Assembly: GCA_913061105.1 (NCBI GenBank)
Contig: CAJXVJ010000001.1
Location: forward strand, 12,676-76,675
Length of the DNA: 64,000 nucleotides
Direction of reading: 5' to 3'
DNA from: an uncultured Alcanivoracaceae bacterium
GTDB taxonomy: Bacteria; Pseudomonadota; Gammaproteobacteria; Xanthomonadales; Marinicellaceae
The notes under the pieces: generated by a model
The model's database searches: none
Told to the model about the DNA's origin: nothing
The model's input: only the letters and a program-made list of their open reading frames with translations
Shown here: piece after piece, positions 18,317-26,822 of the stretch
Numbering within the stretch: the first letter of the stretch is position 1
Layout: every line of letters begins with the position of its first letter
Translations under genes and position numbers: made by a program

Positions 18317-18958
18317 TTATGTTGTGATTCGATAAAGCCAAGCCATAAAAAAACCAACGATAAAACCAACAATATGTGAGACCCACACAATTGGATAATC
18401 AAAATTGCTCACTAGTTGAAGCATTATTTGAAGGGTTAGCCATGTAAAGGCTACTAACAGAATAGGAATTTTGGCTTTTTGTAAATAAAAACCTATGGGT
18501 ATAATTATGCTGATTTTTTGAGTTGGGAACAACAATAACCATGCGCCCAACAAACCCGATAATGCGCCACTGGCTCCCAACAAATAATTGCTTGAACTAC
18601 TCAGTTGGGAGATACAACTCATGTTTCCTGCAAAACCTGAAACCAAGTAAATAAGCATAAACCAAAAACCACCCACTTTTTTCTCTAATGGCAATGCAAT
18701 GATTAAAAACAGCACCATATTACCTGCCCAATGTTGCCAGCTTCCATGTAAAAACAAAGCACTAAAAAACCGCAAAACATACCACCAAGATTGTTCTATA
18801 TTGCTAGAAACTTCTGAAGGATTAATGGCAAATAACTTGTTTAAATCCAAAGATTCAGGATAGTAACTTGACCAAATCATAGTAGACAATGTCAATATCC
18901 ACAAGAATATTGACATGAGTGGAAATCGCGACTTCTTTTTGGATTTAAACTTTAGCAT
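18317..18958 (-). CDS. rhomboid-family intramembrane serine protease
   Basis: 213 aa, six TM helices. It has the GASGALSGLLGA catalytic-serine motif, an HxxxN-like motif (HWAGNM) and a distal His. Confidence 0.75.
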   Translation of the reverse strand: MLKFKSKKKSRFPLMSIFLWILTLSTMIWSSYYPESLDLNKLFAINPSEVSSNIEQSWWYVLRFFSALFLHGSWQHWAGNMVLFLIIALPLEKKVGGFWFMLIYLVSGFAGNMSCISQLSSSSNYLLGASGALSGLLGAWLLLFPTQKISIIIPIGFYLQKAKIPILLVAFTWLTLQIMLQLVSNFDYPIVWVSHIVGFIVGFFMAWLYRITT

Positions 18959-18987
18959 TGTTAAAACAAAGACCTTATTCTATTGGC

Positions 18988-18996
18988 ATTGTAGCA
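18988..18996 (-). promoter_or_regulatory. extended -10 promoter element TGcTACAAT for the rhomboid-DUF1820-regulator-trkA operon
   Basis: The same 9-mer lies about 30 nt upstream of the ATG at 18958. Confidence 0.4.
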
Positions 18997-19022
18997 TTCA
19001 AAACCTTATATAAAATAAATCA

Positions 19023-22000
19023 TTAATTGAGATTATTCTGATCTATTCTAAAATCGGTTAAAAACAAAGACAGTTTTCGCTTATCTTTGGAATCGACAAA
19101 ATCAGCAGGTGCTATCGCATCTGGCATTTCTAATTTAATAATAACAGATTGTACTTTTACATGTTTATCCAAATCAATTTGTATCTCGTGATTCGTTTTT
19201 TCTGTAAACTCAAGTGTTTTTACTGGTTTATCGTTGGCATAAATGATTAGCCTTTGTTTGTCATGCCTCCCTGGATAAACCAAGGGTTTAGCTGTTATTG
19301 ATAATGTCAATGACGATACACCCTCTTTTAGAGGAATAATAACCGCAACGTTAGAGCCTATCCATCGGGTATGTTTGTTGATTTTATGCCAGTCTCCAGA
19401 TGATATTAATTTGAAATCTTTATTAAATGCATCAAACTTTATACTGTTTATATTGTTTAAGTCGTCTATGTTGTTAGCTTTTAATGCTAAAAGCGCAGTT
19501 TTTTTAATTGGTGTTACTCTGTTCGTGGCTGAATTAAAAGCCTCAAACAATTTTCTTTGGTCTATATTACTATGATAGTTAAGTTCATTTAGGTGATTTT
19601 TTCCTCTAGATGCAAACACCCTAATTTTATGGTTCTCTATTTGAGGGTATTGGTCTATTGGTATTGTGATTTGATAACCAGAATCAACAATAGATTTGTA
19701 ACCAAATTTTGAAACTAAATAGGGCTTTTTTAATCCGGTGCTACTAGTTGCAACTAAAACATCATCTATAAAAACGTAGATTTGATCTGCTACTTCACCT
19801 TTCATGGTATCTGCTGCCCATCCTCCAATTTGATACATTAAATTATTATTGCCTAATCTTATCGATGCAATGCCATAAATATTTCCATTTTTCTTTATTG
19901 GAACCACTTTTCCTGATTCAAATATAACGTTATCATTCTCACCTATTCTTTGAATTTTGGCATTTACGATATTGTTTACCAATAGTTCATTTACAGTGTA
20001 TTTATTTTGTTTTTTTATTACTGAAAAAAACTGAAGTTTTAATGAACTTTGGGTTGTTGAGGACATTAATATTTTTGGGTCAATCATTCCAGCACATTCA
20101 CGCTCTTTTTTAGTAAACATAAAACAATGGCTCACTAATTTTCCATTAATAGCTACCAATATTTCATTGTTATTATCTTCAATGAGTTTCTCTAAACGAT
20201 AATAAACAGGTAAATACTTTCCCTTAACATTAATTTTATTAAATAAATTAGCATTTAGAAGGTTTATGGCGTTTGGATGTGTTCTATTAATGTCAAGAGC
20301 GCTAACGTCTTTATTTATAAAGTCAGTACTGCCTATTGGGTTATAGACACTGTTCCAACCATCTCCCATAAACAAGTCATTTTTATCAATAAAATATTGC
20401 TTTATCAACCCATCATAGTTTTCAGGTATTTCAGTTTTAATTCCTTTTTCTTGATATATTACAAGAGGGTTATTTCGTTTATCATCTTTGATAAGACTTT
20501 TTCCTTCTGTTTCAAAAGAAGAATCGATATTATACACATCCATTAAAGTCGGATAAACGTCCATATTGCTTGCATTACGTGTATCAACTTTCCCTTTTGT
20601 TTGATTTGGATATTTAATAAACAATGGTATCGAAGCTATTTGTGGAATATTTTCATCGTGAGCATAACGTCTTGATAAGTCAGGAATAAAAGCAGAACCA
20701 TGATCGGAAACAATAATAATAGTCGCTTTATCATAAAGTCCAAGCCTTTTAATTTCATCAATTGCTTCAGCAATGAGTTTATCTGCTGCCCCTACTTGTA
20801 ACAGATGTCTGCGCCATGATAATTGTGTTGACCATGTGTTGTTTTCCCAAAGGCTTGGTATTTTTCTTTCGCCAGAATCTTTTCTATCTAGCTCTCCTGG
20901 TGTTCCATCTTTTTCAAAAAAGCCATATAAAGTTAAATCAGGTAGAATTCTCCATGGAGAATGTGGCAATAATATATGTAGATAATGAAGGGTGTTTTCT
21001 TGATAGTTATCAATGGTGTTTATAAAATCTTTAAATTCAGCTAACCTCTCTGAATAACTGTGACGTTCCTTTTCTTCATTTTTCATTTCTCTTAAATACC
21101 CAATCCACCTATCACCTATAGGCGGTAAGTGTTCAATTAAACTTTGAGGATAGATAATATGTAAATAACTGATTATTGAATCTTCAATGAGTAAACGATA
21201 AGGATCGGATATACCCGAAACACAAAGGTGAGGCGGGCACATATTAGTAGCATACTCCTTTGCATGAATCGAATGGGATGCAGATATTTGTGTAAAAATG
21301 TTTTGTGGGTATTGTTGGAAAGTACCTAAATAACTTGAATCCTTGGGCTCGATTCCACTTAATATTGCAGGTACAGAGATATCTGTAACAGAAGAAATTG
21401 CAGTTGTATTAGGGTACCATGTAAAATCTTCAGCAATTTTTGCAAATGTTGGAAACCTACTTGTATCAATTTTTCCCTTACTTTTTAAGATGGATAATAA
21501 AGGAAATTCATCCAACATAAAAACAAATATTGGTCCTTGAGATTCAGATCCAGTATTGCTTTTATAAAAACCTTGTGTTGATATTAACCCACTTGCTGGT
21601 GAAAAAAACCAAAATATCAAAATAAAGACTAAACTTACTGGAGAAAACCACAATGCAATATCTCTAACTAACTGTATTTTTAATAAAAAGAATAAAATAG
21701 CTATAGAAATTAATATAACAGATACAAACCCAAGATAGATATGTAAATCTTTTACAAAAGGCAATAAAAACAATACCAACATTATGACGATAAAGCCTTT
21801 TGATAGTGCTTCTTTCAAAACATGTGATATTAATCCACTTAATAATATTGTTATCCACAATATCACTGGTGGGATAAAGTTTAAAACCAAAGTCATAAGT
21901 ATAAGAGACCAACCGCGCACTTCATGCGCTATTAAAAAAACAGGTTGTTCGCCAAACAATGTCATAAGAGGCTGAGCTACTGCCAAAGACCAAAATAGAA

Positions 22001-22055
22001 ATAGGTATAAAAATAATTTAAAATTACTTGATGAGAGTATGTATTTGTTTTTCAT
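19023..22055 (-). CDS. membrane-anchored alkaline-phosphatase-superfamily (sulfatase / LTA-synthase / phosphotransferase-like) protein with a long unassigned C-terminal region
   Basis: 1010 aa. It has about 5 N-terminal TM helices. The sulfatase-type core shows FVFMLDEFP, SSVTDISVPAILSG and IIIVSDHGSAF. About 470 further residues are unassigned and include a GGWAAD…YVFIDDVLVA module. Confidence 0.65.
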   Translation of the reverse strand: MKNKYILSSSNFKLFLYLFLFWSLAVAQPLMTLFGEQPVFLIAHEVRGWSLILMTLVLNFIPPVILWITILLSGLISHVLKEALSKGFIVIMLVLFLLPFVKDLHIYLGFVSVILISIAILFFLLKIQLVRDIALWFSPVSLVFILIFWFFSPASGLISTQGFYKSNTGSESQGPIFVFMLDEFPLLSILKSKGKIDTSRFPTFAKIAEDFTWYPNTTAISSVTDISVPAILSGIEPKDSSYLGTFQQYPQNIFTQISASHSIHAKEYATNMCPPHLCVSGISDPYRLLIEDSIISYLHIIYPQSLIEHLPPIGDRWIGYLREMKNEEKERHSYSERLAEFKDFINTIDNYQENTLHYLHILLPHSPWRILPDLTLYGFFEKDGTPGELDRKDSGERKIPSLWENNTWSTQLSWRRHLLQVGAADKLIAEAIDEIKRLGLYDKATIIIVSDHGSAFIPDLSRRYAHDENIPQIASIPLFIKYPNQTKGKVDTRNASNMDVYPTLMDVYNIDSSFETEGKSLIKDDKRNNPLVIYQEKGIKTEIPENYDGLIKQYFIDKNDLFMGDGWNSVYNPIGSTDFINKDVSALDINRTHPNAINLLNANLFNKINVKGKYLPVYYRLEKLIEDNNNEILVAINGKLVSHCFMFTKKERECAGMIDPKILMSSTTQSSLKLQFFSVIKKQNKYTVNELLVNNIVNAKIQRIGENDNVIFESGKVVPIKKNGNIYGIASIRLGNNNLMYQIGGWAADTMKGEVADQIYVFIDDVLVATSSTGLKKPYLVSKFGYKSIVDSGYQITIPIDQYPQIENHKIRVFASRGKNHLNELNYHSNIDQRKLFEAFNSATNRVTPIKKTALLALKANNIDDLNNINSIKFDAFNKDFKLISSGDWHKINKHTRWIGSNVAVIIPLKEGVSSLTLSITAKPLVYPGRHDKQRLIIYANDKPVKTLEFTEKTNHEIQIDLDKHVKVQSVIIKLEMPDAIAPADFVDSKDKRKLSLFLTDFRIDQNNLN

Positions 22056-22133
22056 GTCAAATGTTTTTTAAAGTGTAATTTGGTATAATTGAAAAAAATC
22101 AGTCTATACAGCAGATTTTTGACTATAAATTTT

Positions 22134-22179
22134 TTTGTGTTGAAAACTTAATATATAATCATTGGGTTTTCAACACAAA
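22134..22179. promoter_or_regulatory. perfect 14-bp inverted repeat (TTTGTGTTGAAAAC / GTTTTCAACACAAA) bracketing a TATAAT (22154..22159)
   Basis: The arms are 22134..22147 and 22166..22179, with an 18-nt spacer. It lies in the divergent intergenic region between the 1010-aa gene and the 2OG oxygenase gene. Confidence 0.6.
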
Positions 22180-22197
22180 TCACCTTATTATACTACG

Positions 22198-23250
22198 ATG
22201 CAAGACATACTTAATATATCCACTATCGAATTAGCTGACAAAATACAAAACAGTTTTATCAACAACCTACCTTTTAAACACGTTGTTATTGATGATTTTT
22301 TTACAACTGAATTTTGCCAAGCATTATTAGATGATTTTCCTGACTTTGATAAAAAACTGGCCACTGATGAGAATGGGAACATAGGCAGAAAGGCTGTACA
22401 TGAACACGTTTCCCAAATTAGTGGCAAGTATAAAAAACTGGACAAAATGATTCAAAGTAAACCTTTTTTGGAACTGATTGAACAGTTTACAGGTATCAAA
22501 GGGTTAAAATATGACCCACATTATTTTGGTGGTGGTACGCACAATAATTTAGATGGACAGGATTTAGATCCACACGTAGATTTTACCCATCATCCAATTT
22601 CTGGTCATCACCGCAGGTTAAATTTAATTGTTTATCTCAATAAAGAGTGGCACAAAGATTGGGGCGGCAATATTGAGTTGCATAAAAACCCAAGGTTAGA
22701 TCCTGAAAATGATGATATTGTCAGCGTAGAGCCTTTATTTAATCGTGCTGTTATATTTGAGACCAATAATATTTCATGGCATGGCTTTCCCCGCATTAAT
22801 CTACCAGATGATAAAAAGGACTGGTCTAGAAAATCTTTTGCATTGTATTATTACACTGACAGCCGTGATGAAGCAATAAAACCACATTCAACCATTTACG
22901 TTGAACGACACTTGCCTGAAAGAATCAAAGCAGATGCAAATTTATCAAATTCTGACTATCAAGAGATTAAAACCTTATTAGCCAGAAGAGATCAACATTT
23001 AGAAAGGCTATATGGTTATATTACCAACATGACTGAAGAAGTATCAGGTTTAAAATACCAACTTTTACAAAAACAAACACCAGGTAATAAAGTAGATTCA
23101 GAAGCAACCCCTAGCCCTCATGATGCTAATGCTTCAGTGAAGAGTTATGATGAAACACGACTATTGGCAAAAATTCAAGAATATGAAAACTCAACATCTT
23201 GGAAAATTACTGCACCGTTGCGTAAACTGGTTAATTTATTTAGGAAATAA
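22198..23250 (+). CDS. 2OG-Fe(II) oxygenase (prolyl-hydroxylase-like) with C-terminal coiled-coil tail
   Basis: FKHVVIDDFF, HxD (DPHVDF), distal His (ISWHGF) and RKSFALYYY. The tail ends in STSWKITAPLRKL. I chose the ATG at 22198 rather than the TTG at 22162, which sits directly after a TATAAT. Confidence 0.7.
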   Translation: MQDILNISTIELADKIQNSFINNLPFKHVVIDDFFTTEFCQALLDDFPDFDKKLATDENGNIGRKAVHEHVSQISGKYKKLDKMIQSKPFLELIEQFTGIKGLKYDPHYFGGGTHNNLDGQDLDPHVDFTHHPISGHHRRLNLIVYLNKEWHKDWGGNIELHKNPRLDPENDDIVSVEPLFNRAVIFETNNISWHGFPRINLPDDKKDWSRKSFALYYYTDSRDEAIKPHSTIYVERHLPERIKADANLSNSDYQEIKTLLARRDQHLERLYGYITNMTEEVSGLKYQLLQKQTPGNKVDSEATPSPHDANASVKSYDETRLLAKIQEYENSTSWKITAPLRKLVNLFRK

Positions 23251-23257
23251 ACACAAC

Positions 23258-23650
23258 ATGATTATCGAACAAACCATACAAAAATGGCATCAAGTAGTAG
23301 ATGCTAAAGATCCCAGTCAATTAAAAAGCCTTTTAGCCGATGATGTTGTTTTCCATTCCCCTGTTCTGCACACGCCTCAAAAAGGCAAGGCCTTAACAAC
23401 CATGTATTTGTCCGCAGCTTTTTATGTTTTGGCCAATGAGAACTTTAAGTACAATCGTCAAATATTACAAGATAACCAAGCTGTGCTTGAATTTGAAGCC
23501 AATATTGATGGCATTGTTATTAATGGTGTTGATATGATTGAGTGTAATAGTAATGGAAAAATTACCGATTTCAAAGTCATGGTAAGGCCACTAAAAGGCT
23601 TACAAATAGTTCAACAAAAAATGTTTGATTTGTTGAGTAAAAACAAATAA
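23258..23650 (+). CDS. NTF2/SnoaL-like small protein
   Basis: I prefer the ATG at 23258 (MIIEQTIQKWHQVVDAKDP…), which starts 8 nt after the upstream stop. Size and pattern fit a SnoaL-like fold. Confidence 0.5.
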   Translation: MIIEQTIQKWHQVVDAKDPSQLKSLLADDVVFHSPVLHTPQKGKALTTMYLSAAFYVLANENFKYNRQILQDNQAVLEFEANIDGIVINGVDMIECNSNGKITDFKVMVRPLKGLQIVQQKMFDLLSKNK

Positions 23651-23651
23651 A

Positions 23652-24560
23652 TTATTTGGTTTTCTCAATCCAAATACTACAACCACCAAAACCCTGTTTT
23701 TTTTCATCATTAAGTGCTTTTACAACCAGATCAGGGAACTTGTAATATGCATATGAACAACCAAACAATACTTTGAAAGTATCAGAATACATGAGTAAAG
23801 CCCTGAGTAAGTACTGTTCATTCCAGGAACGGTTATCTTTTAAAACCCATTCTTTTGGGTAATCGTAAGGAAAAAAGATATCATGAATGTGTATTTTTAC
23901 ACCTTTTTTTAATATCGGCAATATTTCAAAAAACAGGAAATTAACATCGCTGCCAGTTTTAGACACATGAGATGAGTCAATAAATAAAATATCACCGGCT
24001 TCTAGTGCGGTAAAAAAGGCTTTGTCCACATCTTCAACTTTTTCAACTATAACTTTGTTAAGGCCTGGGATTTTTTTCTTTAAAAACTCTCTTGGATAAG
24101 GCTCGACACATGAAAAGTCAATAGAGTCTTCTAAATAATTATGATTAACATGTGCTGTTAACAATGAAGAAAAGCCACTGCCAACTTCAATCATTCTTTT
24201 GGGTTTCCACTGGTTTAACAAGACAAATAAAGTGCGTGAATCAAGCCAACTGAATTGTGAGTTTTGGGTATAGTATTGCGTATCTGTAAAAGTTTCACCT
24301 GGTAGCTCAGGATATTGATAGGCTGAAATATATCTTGGAAAAATTTCATTCAATACTTTTTGGTGATATATATCATTAAAATTTATGCCTTTAATAATTG
24401 GATTGTCTGGCCAAATTTGGTCTTCTTTATCCAATAAATCTTTTGGGTTAACAATGGGTGAATAGAAATAGCCTGCTGGGTGAGCTGTTTTAACCTTAAT
24501 ATTAAAGATGTAGCCCCTTTTAATCCTTTTGGTAATAGCATTTATTATTCTTTTAATCAT
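23652..24560 (-). CDS. class I SAM-dependent methyltransferase
   Basis: 302 aa. Motif I is MIEVGSGFSS, with the acidic motif ILFIDSSH. The N-terminal GYFYSPIVNP motif is seen in glycan or natural-product methyltransferases. Confidence 0.6.
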   Translation of the reverse strand: MIKRIINAITKRIKRGYIFNIKVKTAHPAGYFYSPIVNPKDLLDKEDQIWPDNPIIKGINFNDIYHQKVLNEIFPRYISAYQYPELPGETFTDTQYYTQNSQFSWLDSRTLFVLLNQWKPKRMIEVGSGFSSLLTAHVNHNYLEDSIDFSCVEPYPREFLKKKIPGLNKVIVEKVEDVDKAFFTALEAGDILFIDSSHVSKTGSDVNFLFFEILPILKKGVKIHIHDIFFPYDYPKEWVLKDNRSWNEQYLLRALLMYSDTFKVLFGCSYAYYKFPDLVVKALNDEKKQGFGGCSIWIEKTK

Positions 24561-24582
24561 CTATTGCCTCTATTAAATAAAC

Positions 24583-25098
24583 TCATAGAGGAAGACATAA
24601 GTTAACATTTATTAACCCTTCCAATTCTAACAGTTGTTGTTTAATATCTAGCCCGCTTGCAAACCCTGTTAAATCACCATTTTTGCCAATCACTCTGTGA
24701 CAGGGAATAATTATGGGAATGGGGTTTTTGTTATTTGCCATGCCTATGGCTCTTGCAGCTTTAGGGTTGTTTATTTCTTGGGCAATTTCTGCATAATATT
24801 TGGTTTTTCCAAATTTGATTTGTTCCAACTTATTCCAAACATTTTTTTGAAATTGCGTGCCTTGTGGGTTAAGTTTTACATCAAAACGTTGTCTTTTTTT
24901 GGCGAAGTATTCATCCAATTGGGCCATTACCGATGCAAATGATTTAACATCAAGTTTCCAGTTATCTTCAATACTAATATTGCATTCAAACTGGATGTGC
25001 TGTAACCCATCACAATTGCCTGCCAATAATAACTGTCCAACAGGATAATCATAGATACAATAATTAATTAGAGCGGGTTTATTATTCATAACAGTCAC
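24583..25098 (-). CDS. ogt: methylated-DNA--protein-cysteine methyltransferase
   Basis: IPCHRVIG active-site motif and the AIGMANNKNPIPIIIP context. Confidence 0.85.
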   Translation of the reverse strand: MTVMNNKPALINYCIYDYPVGQLLLAGNCDGLQHIQFECNISIEDNWKLDVKSFASVMAQLDEYFAKKRQRFDVKLNPQGTQFQKNVWNKLEQIKFGKTKYYAEIAQEINNPKAARAIGMANNKNPIPIIIPCHRVIGKNGDLTGFASGLDIKQQLLELEGLINVNLCLPL

Positions 25099-25234
25099 AT
25101 TTTACAATGTCAACATTCTATCATTTTTATCAGTTATGAAAATGTTAAAACCTTTGAATTAAACATATTTGTTTTCGATAATTGATAATCTGTACAATAT
25201 AGGCTTTAATGTGCTTTTTAATTCTTTATCATAA

Positions 25235-25735
25235 ATGATGCTTCGCTCTGTTTCTTTAATTATTTGTTTTCTTATTATAGGTTTTAAGGCGCATTCTGAT
25301 GGTTACGAAAGCATGCTTAAACTAGATAGCTTTGAAACACTAAGCAAAAAGGCCTGCAATGAAAATAAAGTCATGGTTGTTATGGTTGGTCTTGAAGGTT
25401 GTCCATATTGCGCAAAACTAAAAAAACAAGTTCTGATACCTGAGCTTAAAAATGGAGAGCTGAATAACAAATGGTTATTGCGGGAATTGTTAATAGATAA
25501 TGAAGCCACACATATTGGGTTTGATGGTAAATCAATAAATTCATTGGCGTTTGCCCAATCAATAAAAGCCACTGTTACCCCAACTTTGTTGTTCTTAAGT
25601 CCAAATGGTGTAGAAATTGGCAAACGCATCATCGGCACAGGTGGCGCACTAGATTTTTATGATTTTTATTTAAAGCGTTCGATAAATGAAGCTTTAGATA
25701 AACAAATCTGTACAAACAATCTCACGGAGAAATAA
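25235..25735 (+). CDS. periplasmic thioredoxin-fold protein
   Basis: Signal peptide and a CPYC redox motif in the context VMVGLEGCPYCAKLK. Confidence 0.55.
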   Translation: MMLRSVSLIICFLIIGFKAHSDGYESMLKLDSFETLSKKACNENKVMVVMVGLEGCPYCAKLKKQVLIPELKNGELNNKWLLRELLIDNEATHIGFDGKSINSLAFAQSIKATVTPTLLFLSPNGVEIGKRIIGTGGALDFYDFYLKRSINEALDKQICTNNLTEK

Positions 25736-26104
25736 ATGTACCCAGCATTAAAACATTCACACATGTTATTTGTTGCCATCAGTATCCTGTTATTCGAATA
25801 CCGTTTCATCCTAAAAATGATGAAAAAAACCACAGGGAAAACGTTAAAAATAGCACCCCATGTCAACGATACCTTGTTGTTGGCCACTGGTATCAGTCTC
25901 GCCTATATCGCACAAATAAACCCGATTCATCAAATTTGGTTGGGCTCGAAAATTGTGGTATTGCTTTTTTATATTGGTTTTGGCATGATGGCATTAAAAT
26001 CTGAAGGAAACAAGAGTATCATTGGCTATATTCTGGCGACTGCTTGTTTTGTCTTTATTTTATTCACGGCGATAACAAAAAATCCTTTGTTTATTAACTT
26101 ATAA
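25736..26104 (+). CDS. SirB2-family membrane protein
   Basis: 122 aa, four helices. The N-terminus MYPALKHSHMLFVAISILLFEYRF resembles the SirB family. The start abuts the upstream stop. Confidence 0.55.
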   Translation: MYPALKHSHMLFVAISILLFEYRFILKMMKKTTGKTLKIAPHVNDTLLLATGISLAYIAQINPIHQIWLGSKIVVLLFYIGFGMMALKSEGNKSIIGYILATACFVFILFTAITKNPLFINL

Positions 26105-26692
26105 TCTATTGATTAATTCTATTTCGAAACAATCCAAAAGACCGTGAATATTTTGCTTTGAGAATTTTGCTTTTTTTATATTGTTTTTTGTAGGGTCTAT
26201 AGAAAAATTAACTGCCGATTGGAAATCAACCTGGCTTAGGTTCGTTCTATCGAAAGTAGCTAAAACTAAATCACAATCATCAAAGGATGATTGGCTAAAA
26301 TCGGCCTGGCTAAAATCGACTTGTTTCATTTGGCAATCTTTAAAGGCCGTTTGCTGCAATTTACATTGATAAAAACCACTGTGGTCTAAAACACACAGTT
26401 CAAAGGCAAAAGACAAATTAAATTGATTACATTCATCAAACTGTAAGCCCAACATTTTACAGCACTTAAAGACGGCCTCTTGAAAGGAAGCGTTTTGTAT
26501 CTTTGCCGAACTGAAATTACAGCCTTCGAATTGACACTCAGTAAAAATCACATCGGTTAAATCAGCTTCCGAAAAATCACACTTATTAAATTGGCAATTG
26601 TCATATTCTTTTGCTGGCTTTTCTTCTCTGGAAAAATTGACAGCTTGATAAGATTCGTCTTGTATGTATTCTTGCATTACGTTTTTAACCAA
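26099..26692 (-). CDS. pentapeptide-repeat protein (Qnr/McbG-like size)
   Basis: 197 aa, almost entirely A(D/N)LXX-type pentapeptide repeats (CDFSEADLTDVIFTECQFEGCNFSSAKIQNASF…). Confidence 0.75.
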   Translation of the reverse strand: MVKNVMQEYIQDESYQAVNFSREEKPAKEYDNCQFNKCDFSEADLTDVIFTECQFEGCNFSSAKIQNASFQEAVFKCCKMLGLQFDECNQFNLSFAFELCVLDHSGFYQCKLQQTAFKDCQMKQVDFSQADFSQSSFDDCDLVLATFDRTNLSQVDFQSAVNFSIDPTKNNIKKAKFSKQNIHGLLDCFEIELINRL

Positions 26693-26749
26693 GATTAAGT
26701 ATATAAATCTTACATCAAAAGACCGTTATTTTACTCGTGTTATGCGTTA

Positions 26750-26783
26750 AAAAGGTAAAAAGGCACACTTATTTGTGCGCCTT
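26750..26783 (-). terminator. rho-independent terminator after the tail-fibre-like gene
   Basis: AGGCACAC…GTGCGCCT stem with one mismatch, flanked by A/T runs on both sides. Confidence 0.5.
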
Positions 26784-26822
26784 TTCAATATATCGGATCA
26801 AGTGCTTTTTGCTATTTACTCT

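Noticed and set aside
22162-22197. Longer upstream starts offered by the ORF track, here and at 477, 7797, 23147, 34112, 35281, 38425 and 57327.
   Set aside because: In each case an internal ATG gives a canonical N-terminus (a signal peptide or a family-typical start) and removes the overlap with the neighbouring gene or promoter. The extensions have no homology-like content.
25177-25190. Fur-box-like GATAATTGATAATC just upstream of the -10 (TACAAT, 25192..25197) of the thioredoxin-fold gene.
   Set aside because: Only two GATAAT hexamers are present, with a 1-nt offset, and the third inverted hexamer is missing. In AT-rich DNA this is weak evidence. It is worth a PWM scan but not a call.
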